A program made the position numbers and the translations under genes. A stretch of 64,000 bases of DNA from Roseibium sp. GTDB lineage: Bacteria; Pseudomonadota; Alphaproteobacteria; Rhizobiales; Stappiaceae. The notes below the pieces were generated by a model. It had not been told where the DNA came from. It worked only from the letters and a program-made list of their open reading frames with translations, and did not search any database. The number at the start of each line of letters is the position of its first letter. The first letter of the stretch is position 1. This document shows positions 20,662 through 28,595 of the stretch, one piece after another. The stretch is from contig NZ_OZ246971.1 in NCBI RefSeq assembly GCF_965232425.1, positions 3,233,436 to 3,297,435 of the forward strand, read 5' to 3'.

Positions 20662-22008
20662 CTAACCGAGAACGGAGAACGAACTCTCCTTCGTCAGCTC
20701 GCGCTTGCGGGAGAAGGTCGCCGCATTGAGCGTGTGATCGATGTGTTTCAGTCGGAATTGCAGCGGGGCGCTGTCGTGATCGTTGCCGTCTTCGCAATAG
20801 GCGACCAGCCGTGTCATGAGGCGGCCGGCGACGATGGCATTCTTGAACTGGTTGCCGCTGGTGCCGATGGCCAGATAATAACCGTCGACATCGCTCCGGT
20901 CATAGACCGGCAGCCAATCGTCGGTCGCATCGTAGAGGTCGGCGACACCAAGGGGATGCTGCGAGACGCCGAGACTGGGAAGGCGCTGCGACAACCGGTA
21001 GGCGTAGGTCAGCGCCCGGTCGGTCAGATCCCTGCGGAAATCATCCGGATCTTCCACGATATGTTCATCGCAGGGCGGGTTCAGGCTGCCGATCATCAAC
21101 TGCCCGCCGCTGCCGGGCTTGATGTAGACACCGATGTCGTTGTCGGCGATCAGCATGCCTTCCCGCGAATAGCCGAGCGTTTCCGGAGGCGTGATCTGCA
21201 CGACTTCCTGCCGCAGCGGCCTGTGGCCGATCCTGACGCCTGCATCGCCGTCCAGAAGGCCGTTGACCTTGCCTGAATGCGGGCCGGCCGCGTTGATCAC
21301 GACGGGCGCACGGAAGACGCTGCCCTGGTCCGAGACAACACCTGTCACCCGGTTGTCTTCCGCCGGGATCCTGGCGATGCGGGTGTTGAACAGAAACTCC
21401 GCTCCGAGCTCAGCGGCGGCGTCCTTCAGGTTGCGGGCCGCAATCTGCGGGTCGTCGACGTAGCCGCCAGCGTGAAAAAACACACCGCCCTCGATGCGTC
21501 CGCCCGTCGGCGTGCCAAAGGCATCATCGTCCATCGTCTTGACCGGGGAAAAGCACTCCAGATTGTAACCGGGCATGCTTTCCTCGATCTGGTCCGGCGT
21601 CCAGATCTCGTAGGTGATCCCGAGCGTGTCGGCGTGTTTGAGGACATTGTCCAGGTTGTTGGACGCCGTTTTCATGATCAGCGTTCCGGTCTGGACAAAG
21701 CGGGCCAGACCTTCGTCTGAAGACGCTCCAAGCGTTTCGGGCCAGTGTTTCCAGTCGTGATAGCCATCATAGGCCATCGCGGTGCCATCGAGCGTGGAAT
21801 AGTAGGTGCGGATCACGGCCGCGGAACTTGACGTCGATCCGTAACCGGCCGCGGGCAGAGCGTCGACATTCAATGTCTTCATGCCGTCCCGGGCCATGTT
21901 GTAGGCGATTGCGCAGCCGATGACACCGGCCCCGATAATGATCACATCATAGGTTTGCGGGGTGCGGGTCGGGTCGGTTTGACTGGCGGGCATATGTTCG
22001 ATTTCCAT
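20662..22008 (-). CDS. FAD-dependent oxidoreductase (DAO / sarcosine-oxidase-beta-like family)
   Basis: Rossmann motif YDVIIIGAGVIGCAIAYNMARDG. About 448 aa from the ATG at 22008 (an alternative ATG is at 21993). The ORF-track start at 22110 adds an Arg/Pro-rich extension. Confidence 0.75.
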   Translation of the reverse strand: MEIEHMPASQTDPTRTPQTYDVIIIGAGVIGCAIAYNMARDGMKTLNVDALPAAGYGSTSSSAAVIRTYYSTLDGTAMAYDGYHDWKHWPETLGASSDEGLARFVQTGTLIMKTASNNLDNVLKHADTLGITYEIWTPDQIEESMPGYNLECFSPVKTMDDDAFGTPTGGRIEGGVFFHAGGYVDDPQIAARNLKDAAAELGAEFLFNTRIARIPAEDNRVTGVVSDQGSVFRAPVVINAAGPHSGKVNGLLDGDAGVRIGHRPLRQEVVQITPPETLGYSREGMLIADNDIGVYIKPGSGGQLMIGSLNPPCDEHIVEDPDDFRRDLTDRALTYAYRLSQRLPSLGVSQHPLGVADLYDATDDWLPVYDRSDVDGYYLAIGTSGNQFKNAIVAGRLMTRLVAYCEDGNDHDSAPLQFRLKHIDHTLNAATFSRKRELTKESSFSVLG

Positions 22009-22369
22009 TGATCTGCGAATTTCGGGCGGGGCGGGCGGTCGGTCTCGCGGCACACGGATGCACGGCTGTTTCCTGAAGGACCGGTCTGACAGCATGCTGC
22101 ATGTGGACAAGATCCTCAGGTCAGGCGATGGCGTCCGGTTTGTCCAGAATAAAATCCGCCATCCAGTGTTCCGAAACAGGCATGCATGATGACAAACTGC
22201 GCGAAATGATCATAAAAAAACGCATTGTTTATTTATTTCAACAATCTGATGACTTTGCGAAAGTATGCTGATTTTGTTCTAAACTCTCAAATTGCAGCGG
22301 TGGCCGTCATTGGGCATGCTGGTTTTGGGCACCGGATTTGCCGGTTCTTTCAACAATTTGGAGTAACAC

Positions 22370-23287
22370 TTGACGCGGGCAAGCTTTCGCGAATGGCCGA
22401 CGCTGGCCTTGATTCTGACGGCCGCGGCAGCATGGATGCTGCTGATCGGCAACTACACATCGCTGGGTGGATGGATCGTATGTCCGCTTGCGGTTCTTGT
22501 GGTCACCCTGCAATCGTCGCTGCAGCATGAAGTTCTGCATGGTCATCCGACACGCAACCCGGCAGTGAACGAGGCGCTGGTCTATTGCTCGCTTGGGCTC
22601 TTCATTCCCTACCGCCGTTTCAAGTCGCTGCATTTGCGTCACCACAACAATGACCGGCTGACCGATCCCTATGATGATCCCGAAACCTTCTACATGGCGT
22701 GGTCGGACTGGCAGAAACTGCCCGCTTTCCTTCAAGCAGTGCTGACGGTCAACAATACCCTGCTCGGCCGTCTGCTGATCGGTCCGCTCGTGTCGGTCAT
22801 CGGTTTTCTCGGTTCCGAGCTGAGGATGATCCGCGCCGGGGACAAGATTGTCCTGCGCGCCTGGCTGCATCACATTGCGGGCGCTGTTCCGGTCGTGGTC
22901 TTCATCACCCTGGTCGGCGGGATGCCGCTCTGGCTCTATGTCTGCTGCATCTCCTATCCCGCGATGAGCCTTCTGATGCTGCGCACCTACGCCGAACACC
23001 GGGCCCATGACAGCGCAGAAGCCCGCTCGATCATCGTGGAATTCTGCCCGCTGTTCTCGCTTCTGTTCCTCAACAACAATCTTCATGTTGTCCATCACGC
23101 CCATCCGCGTGCGGCGTGGTATGACCTGCCGGCGATGTACCGCGCAAACAAACAGACCTGGCAGCAACGCAACGAGGGATATGTGTTCAGGAGTTACCTG
23201 CAGCTTGCCGCAAATTTCCTCTTCAAGGTCAAGGAACCGGTCGCACATCCCTTGAGACGCCGGCCTGCGGGTGAGGCCGACAGGTGA
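22370..23287 (+). CDS. Membrane fatty-acid desaturase-family di-iron enzyme
   Basis: Three His boxes (HEVLHGH, HLRHHN, HVVHHAHP) with TM segments. TTG start. Confidence 0.8.
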   Translation: MTRASFREWPTLALILTAAAAWMLLIGNYTSLGGWIVCPLAVLVVTLQSSLQHEVLHGHPTRNPAVNEALVYCSLGLFIPYRRFKSLHLRHHNNDRLTDPYDDPETFYMAWSDWQKLPAFLQAVLTVNNTLLGRLLIGPLVSVIGFLGSELRMIRAGDKIVLRAWLHHIAGAVPVVVFITLVGGMPLWLYVCCISYPAMSLLMLRTYAEHRAHDSAEARSIIVEFCPLFSLLFLNNNLHVVHHAHPRAAWYDLPAMYRANKQTWQQRNEGYVFRSYLQLAANFLFKVKEPVAHPLRRRPAGEADR

Positions 23288-24111
23288 ACCGCCGGAGCTA
23301 TCACCCTGTCCGGTTGCCCATGTATGACTGGCCGCAGGTCAGGGCCGCGACCGAGCGTCTGGAAACCGCGTTGCAGGACGCCCTTGCCGGCACACTCGGA
23401 CTTCCCTCCTCCGACTGCGTCCCCTGGCCGGAGGAGCGGGGTCTCGAGGTCGACTGGCTTCAGCCGGGCCTGCTCCTCAGCCAGACCTGCGGCTATCCGC
23501 TGACGCATGCGCTTTCCGGCCGTGTGCGGCCCGTCGGCGTTCCCCACTATGCCGCCGACGGCTGCGACGGCGGACGCTATTGTTCGTATCTTGTCGTGGC
23601 CCGGGACAGCGGCCACCAAACGCTTGCCGATCTGCAGGGCAGCCGGGCGGTCTATAACGGGCCTGACAGCCAGTCGGGCATGAACGTCTTTCGGCATGAG
23701 GTGTCCCGGATCGCCGGCGGTGCACCGTTCTTTTCATGCGTGAAAGAGAGCGGCGGTCATCTGGCGTCCCTGCACGCCGTTGCAGAGGGTATGGCCGACA
23801 TCGCAAGCGTCGATGCGGTCTGCTGGGCGCTTGCCTGCCGGGAATTGCCCGATCTTGTCTCGCGGCTCCGGTCAATCGGCCGGACCGGTTCCGTTCCATG
23901 TCTTCCGCTTGTGACATCGCTGAGGTTCTCGGAGGCTGACGCCGAAAAAATCGCGGTTGCCGTGCAAGCCATTTTTGCAGACGCCGCGTTTGCTGAAGAC
24001 CGGGACACGCTCCTCATCAATGGATTTTCGCCCGTATCGGAAGCGGACTACGCACCGATCCTTGAAATGGAACGCGAGGCGGCAAGACGCGGCTACCCGG
24101 AGCTCACCTGA
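23284..24111 (+). CDS. PhnD/SsuA-like periplasmic-binding-protein-fold protein lacking a signal peptide
   Basis: 275 aa. The GTG start overlaps the desaturase stop (GTGA at 23284-23287). The N-terminus MNRRSYHPVRLPMYDW has no hydrophobic leader. The family call rests on overall resemblance only. Confidence 0.5.
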   Translation: MNRRSYHPVRLPMYDWPQVRAATERLETALQDALAGTLGLPSSDCVPWPEERGLEVDWLQPGLLLSQTCGYPLTHALSGRVRPVGVPHYAADGCDGGRYCSYLVVARDSGHQTLADLQGSRAVYNGPDSQSGMNVFRHEVSRIAGGAPFFSCVKESGGHLASLHAVAEGMADIASVDAVCWALACRELPDLVSRLRSIGRTGSVPCLPLVTSLRFSEADAEKIAVAVQAIFADAAFAEDRDTLLINGFSPVSEADYAPILEMEREAARRGYPELT

Positions 24112-24132
24112 CACTGTTCGAGACTCTTGGGG

Positions 24133-25014
24133 CTACTCGGTGAAAAGCCGCTCGTTCTTCGAAAAATACGCGATCGCGAAGTCGACGAAGGCGCGCACCC
24201 TGGCCACCCGGCGCAAGTCCCGGTGATACAGAAGCCAGACCGGATAGCCCGGCTGCAGCGGCACATCCGGCACGCGCACGAGACGCGGATCGGCATCGCC
24301 GGTGAAGGCGGGGATCTTGATCAGCCCGAGCTGTTTCGCGGCCGCTTCGATCTGCATGGACACCTCGGGAAGGACGTGCCGGACCGTTGCGTTCGGAAAC
24401 GGGCTTTCGGCCACCCAGTCCTGCAATTCGCTCCAGGCGATCCAGTGCGCGCCCTTGCCGCCGGTCGCAAGCAGATCCCCGTGCCTTCGCAGATAACCGG
24501 GCGCCGCATAGACGGCCTGAACGAAGGTCAGGAGTTTCCGGCCGAGGACGTCTTCGTCGACGTTGCGGGCCACCCGCAGGGAAATATCGGTTTCCAGGCG
24601 CTGCAGGTCGGAGACGCGGTTTGTCGAAATCGTGCGGACCGAGATTTCCGGAAACTGCTCTGAAAACGCAAACAGCATGTCGGACAGCAACCCGTGCGAC
24701 AGGGCCGGGGGCAGGCTGAGGCGAACTGTCCCCGCCGGTTCCAGATCCAGACCCGAGAGTTTCCGCGTGATCGTGTTGGCCTGGGTCTCCATTTCCTCCG
24801 CCGGCTCGATCAGTGCCTCGCCTGATTGAGTCAGTTGCAGGCCGCTTGTTGTCCGGTCGAAGACGCGTGTCCCCAGGCTTGTTTCCAGCGCGGAAATGGC
24901 CCTGTGTACGGTGCCGTGATTGACCCCGAGTTTCTCGGCGGCCTGTCTGAAACTGCCGCAGCGCACGGCGGCAAGAAACGTGCGCACGTGATCCCAATCA
25001 AGATCCGGCTTCAT
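24133..25014 (-). CDS. LysR-family transcriptional regulator
   Basis: N-terminal HTH DWDHVRTFLAAVRCGSFRQAAEKLGVNHGTVHRAISALE, about 290 aa, divergent from the dehalogenase gene. Confidence 0.88.
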   Translation of the reverse strand: MKPDLDWDHVRTFLAAVRCGSFRQAAEKLGVNHGTVHRAISALETSLGTRVFDRTTSGLQLTQSGEALIEPAEEMETQANTITRKLSGLDLEPAGTVRLSLPPALSHGLLSDMLFAFSEQFPEISVRTISTNRVSDLQRLETDISLRVARNVDEDVLGRKLLTFVQAVYAAPGYLRRHGDLLATGGKGAHWIAWSELQDWVAESPFPNATVRHVLPEVSMQIEAAAKQLGLIKIPAFTGDADPRLVRVPDVPLQPGYPVWLLYHRDLRRVARVRAFVDFAIAYFSKNERLFTE

Positions 25015-25160
25015 GTCAAACTCCCGCTTGTCCCCTGGTGGATCGTTTTTTATCCGCTCTGGTGAATTTGGGTGTATTCCATTTAAAAATCAATCCGCCA
25101 CATTCTCACCCGGACGCGCAATCAGCGCGGTTTCCGGTAACTGACAAAGGTGGATCGAGA

Positions 25161-26198
25161 ATGACAGTGGAAACCAAAACCGGTCTTGGGCGGCGCGCCC
25201 TGCTCAAAGGCGCAGCGACCGGCGGAGCGGCCCTGGCGCTGATACCCGCGCTTCCGGCAGCTGCACAACAGACTGAGAAGTCGCTGGGCTCCGATCCCGC
25301 GGCGCCCTACGGTGTGCCGATCGGCACCGCGTTTCCCTTCCGGAAGAAAGAGATGCCGGTTCTCGATTCAAGCATCGCCTATGTCGACGAGGGTGAAGGG
25401 CGGCCGGTGGTGTTTCTGCACGGAAATCCAACCTCTTCCTACCTTTGGCGCAACATCATTCCGCACGTATCGGACGGATACCGGACCATTGCCCCCGATC
25501 TGATCGGCATGGGTGACAGCGGCAAGCCGGACAGCGGCTACCGGTTCGAGGATCATGCGCGGTATCTCGACACGTTCCTCGATCAGCTGGATCTGACCGA
25601 CGCCATCCTGGTGGTTCATGACTGGGGGTCGGCGCTCGGCATGCGCTATGCCCGCCTGAACCCGGAGCGCATATCCGGTCTGGTCTTCCTGGAAGCCATC
25701 GTGCCACCGGTGCTGCCGGTCGCATCGTTCGACGACATGCCCGGACCGCTAGCCGACTTCTTCCGACTGATGCACAGCGACAAGGGTGCCGACATGGTGC
25801 TCAACCAGAACTTCTTCGTCGAGTTCGTGCTGCCGCAAATGGGTGTCGTGCGCGCCATGTCCGAGGCTGAGATGGATCACTACCGCAAACCCTTTCCGAC
25901 ACCTGAAAGCCGCAAGCCGGTCCTTGCCTGGCCGCGCGAGGTGCCGATCGAAGGCAAGCCCGCCGACGTTGTCGAAGAGGTGAGGCTCAACGGTGAATGG
26001 CTGCTGTCGAGCCAGATCCCCAAGCTGATGTTCTATGCCGAACCGGGAGCCTTGATGCCGAAGCCCGTCGCGGACTACCTGGCGGCGAATGTTGTCAACA
26101 TCGAAGCGCGTTTCGTCGGAGCCGGATCGCATTTTCTGCAGGAGGATCATCCGCATGTCATCGGGCAGGGCATTGCCGACTGGCTGCGCAGGATCTGA
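25161..26198 (+). CDS. Haloalkane dehalogenase (HLD-II, DhaA-like) with a twin-arginine signal peptide
   Basis: Tat leader MTVETKTGLGRRALLKGAATGGAALALIPALPAAAQ. The core motifs are FLHGNPTSSYLWRNIIPHV, VVHDWGSALG, FLEAIVPP and GSHFLQEDHP, which match the remembered DhaA sequence. Confidence 0.85.
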   Translation: MTVETKTGLGRRALLKGAATGGAALALIPALPAAAQQTEKSLGSDPAAPYGVPIGTAFPFRKKEMPVLDSSIAYVDEGEGRPVVFLHGNPTSSYLWRNIIPHVSDGYRTIAPDLIGMGDSGKPDSGYRFEDHARYLDTFLDQLDLTDAILVVHDWGSALGMRYARLNPERISGLVFLEAIVPPVLPVASFDDMPGPLADFFRLMHSDKGADMVLNQNFFVEFVLPQMGVVRAMSEAEMDHYRKPFPTPESRKPVLAWPREVPIEGKPADVVEEVRLNGEWLLSSQIPKLMFYAEPGALMPKPVADYLAANVVNIEARFVGAGSHFLQEDHPHVIGQGIADWLRRI

Positions 26199-26224
26199 TC
26201 TCGTTCAAAACACAGGAGGAAACA

Positions 26225-26701
26225 ATGGCGGAAGTCGTCGTCAAGCAGGATGTGAATGCCCCGCTGGCCGATCTCTGGCGCAGCTGGGACAGTTTCGACG
26301 AGATCTACAGGTTCAATCCCGTCATCAACCAGTCGCCGCTCCTTCCAAGGAGCGTACCGACCGGCATGGGCGCCGAGCGCATCTGCAGGCACATCGACGG
26401 GAAAACCTATCTCAAGGAACGGATCATCGGCTATCAGCCGGAGGAGCATATCGTCGTCGATATCTTCGACGCCAACCTGCCGCTCAAGAAGGCCGTCGTG
26501 ACCCTGGATTTCGAGGCGCTGTCTCCCGATCGGAGCCGTGTGACCATGCGGATCACCTTCACGCCGAAATTCGGACCGGTCGGGTGGCTGATGACGCCCC
26601 TGATGAAGTCGCAGTTCAGGAAGGGCCTGTCGGATCTGTTGTCGGCAAATGCCGGTTTTGTTGAAAAAGGTGTCGAGGTTCATCCGAAGGTGGCTGCCTG
26701 A
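26225..26701 (+). CDS. SRPBCC (START/polyketide-cyclase-like) family protein
   Basis: 158 aa (MAEVVVKQDVNAPLADLWRSWDSFDEIYRFNP...). The size and pattern are typical of SRPBCC ligand-binding proteins. It begins 27 nt after the dehalogenase stop. Confidence 0.6.
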   Translation: MAEVVVKQDVNAPLADLWRSWDSFDEIYRFNPVINQSPLLPRSVPTGMGAERICRHIDGKTYLKERIIGYQPEEHIVVDIFDANLPLKKAVVTLDFEALSPDRSRVTMRITFTPKFGPVGWLMTPLMKSQFRKGLSDLLSANAGFVEKGVEVHPKVAA

Positions 26702-26848
26702 GTATTGAAGTGTGTCATTTTAAGACATTCGTTAACGATGTTCTTTTTTGGTGACACACTTTTCTGGTGAATTCGGCTGAAATGCTGGCGCAAAAGTTAA
26801 CAAGGCGTTACGATTCTCGGTAACTCAATAGTTAACAGTGAGTGCGTC

Positions 26849-27154
26849 ATGAAAACGGTTTTCAAATCAGTCGTTGCCGCAGCAGGTCTTCTTGCGGTTG
26901 TTTCAACCGCCGCATATGCCGAGAGCGGCACCACCCGCATCGTGCACGACGAACCCTACGGGGCGATCGTCACCAAGGAAGCCGGTGTGCTGGTTTTCCG
27001 GGGTCTGCCGCCGACCCGCAAAGTGATCGTCAACCCGGAAGGGAAAACGCCGCTTGACCTCAAAATGACCGAAGTGCGCGAAACGAATGTCGTCGTCTTC
27101 ACCCGCGACGACTACTCCCGCGGACTGGGATCGAAGGTCCTGCGCCTGAAGTGA
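26849..27154 (+). CDS. Small secreted hypothetical protein (101 aa, Sec signal)
   Basis: Signal peptide MKTVFKSVVAAAGLLAVVSTAAYA-ES. It is preceded by a lower-GC region carrying GTTAAC motifs. No family recognised. Confidence 0.5.
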   Translation: MKTVFKSVVAAAGLLAVVSTAAYAESGTTRIVHDEPYGAIVTKEAGVLVFRGLPPTRKVIVNPEGKTPLDLKMTEVRETNVVVFTRDDYSRGLGSKVLRLK

Positions 27155-27175
27155 GCGAATCCGATTGCCGGGCCG

Positions 27176-28552
27176 TCATGTTGAACGGCCCAGCAGTCTT
27201 TCGTCGTAGGGATAGGTGCTGAGGCGCTCGTATCCCCTGTCGGTGATCAGAAGCTGTTCTTCAAGCTTCACGCCTTCGTGGCCACCGTGCCGGCCGACAT
27301 AACTCTCCACGCAAACGACCATTCCGGGCTCAAGGCTGCCATCATAGCCGCCGCTTTCCCAGTCGGACGGATAGGGTACCGCCGGGTATTCATCGCACAG
27401 GCCGACCCCGTGAAAGAGCACGGAATACCGGTTTGCAAGATAGTCGTCCGGCAAGCTCACGGCCTTGTGTGACAGCTCGCGAAAAGTACGTCCAGGTGCG
27501 AGCATGCCGATATTGGCCTCGATCTGCTCATGGGCCATCTGGTAGAGGCTGCGCTGCTCGTTGGACGGCATGCCGGAGCCGCAGAGCCATGTTCTGGAAA
27601 TATCGCAGCACATGCCGTAAGGCCCGACAAGGTCCGTGTCGAACGCGACCAGGTCGCCATCCTCCATCACGCGGGACGATGCCTCCTGGAACCAGGGGTT
27701 GGTGCGCGGACCGGACGCCAGGAGCTGGGTCTCGATCCATTCGCCGCCCCGTCTGATGTTGCCTGCATGCAGGATGGCCCAGAGGTCCCATTCCGTCATC
27801 CCGGGTACGAGCGCATCTTCCATTTCCCGCATGGCCGCCTCGCAGGAGGCTATCGAGCGGCGCATCGCCTTGATCTCGTCGGCGCTCTTGATCGACCGTG
27901 CCAGTTCCATGACCTCTTCACCGTCATGGAATTCCAGCCCATGCGCCTGCAAGGCCGCAACGCCTTCACGGCGAGCCTTGTCGAGCGCAATGCGATGGTT
28001 GCCGCCGCCATGGGTCTTGACCAGATCGGCGAGCTCGTCCGCCCATCTGAGCGCAAGTTCCTCTGAGCGCGGGCCGGCTTCGAAGTAGAACCAGGGAATG
28101 CCGTGGCGGACTTCGTCGACCAGCAGGTTGTGCCCGGACAGGTGTTCGCAGTGGTGGAAATCGAAGGCTACGACCGGTCCGTCCAGGGCAACGAAGGTGT
28201 AGCGGACGGCGTTGTGCGTCGACCAGACCTGCATGTTGGTTGCGTCTGTCGCGTAGCGGACATTCAGCGGGTCGCACAGGATGGCGGCGCTCAGGTCGTA
28301 TTTTTCGAGCTGCCCGCGGATCCGGGCGAGCCGGTAGGCGCGCATGGCGTCCAGGTCGGGGGCTTCCAGACCCTGTGCGGCCCATTCGGCTTCGGCGAGG
28401 TCGCCATAGCCGAGTACATGCCTGTTCAGCGCCGTCGCCTTTTCGCTGGCATAGGCTGCGAGCGCCTCGTAGCCCGCCCCATCACCCGGGTGAAGCGGCA
28501 GCTCGGCCGGCATGATCTTCCGTCTGTGGCGGCCAAAATGTTCCGTGTTCAT
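27176..28552 (-). CDS. dddP: M24 (creatinase/prolidase-fold) protein of the DddP-like subfamily; candidate DMSP lyase
   Basis: 458 aa from the ATG at 28552, which has a GGAGGAGGTG RBS. The blocks DPLNVRYATDATNMQVW, WAILHAGNIRRGGEWIETQLLASGPRTNPWFQE, FDTDLVGPYGMCCDISR, HGVGLCDE, CVE and KLEEQLLITDRGYERL resemble remembered DddP sequences. The gene symbol is tentative. Confidence 0.6.
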   Translation of the reverse strand: MNTEHFGRHRRKIMPAELPLHPGDGAGYEALAAYASEKATALNRHVLGYGDLAEAEWAAQGLEAPDLDAMRAYRLARIRGQLEKYDLSAAILCDPLNVRYATDATNMQVWSTHNAVRYTFVALDGPVVAFDFHHCEHLSGHNLLVDEVRHGIPWFYFEAGPRSEELALRWADELADLVKTHGGGNHRIALDKARREGVAALQAHGLEFHDGEEVMELARSIKSADEIKAMRRSIASCEAAMREMEDALVPGMTEWDLWAILHAGNIRRGGEWIETQLLASGPRTNPWFQEASSRVMEDGDLVAFDTDLVGPYGMCCDISRTWLCGSGMPSNEQRSLYQMAHEQIEANIGMLAPGRTFRELSHKAVSLPDDYLANRYSVLFHGVGLCDEYPAVPYPSDWESGGYDGSLEPGMVVCVESYVGRHGGHEGVKLEEQLLITDRGYERLSTYPYDERLLGRST

Positions 28553-28595
28553 GGCGCTGACACCTCCTCCCTGTGTAGCCGGGCCTTGTCGTGAT

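Noticed and set aside
19425-22110. Defence or mobile island around the RecD/Dda-like helicase
   Set aside because: There is no nuclease, methyltransferase, integrase, phage or toxin-antitoxin gene nearby. The flanking genes are a TetR regulator and a metabolic oxidoreductase.
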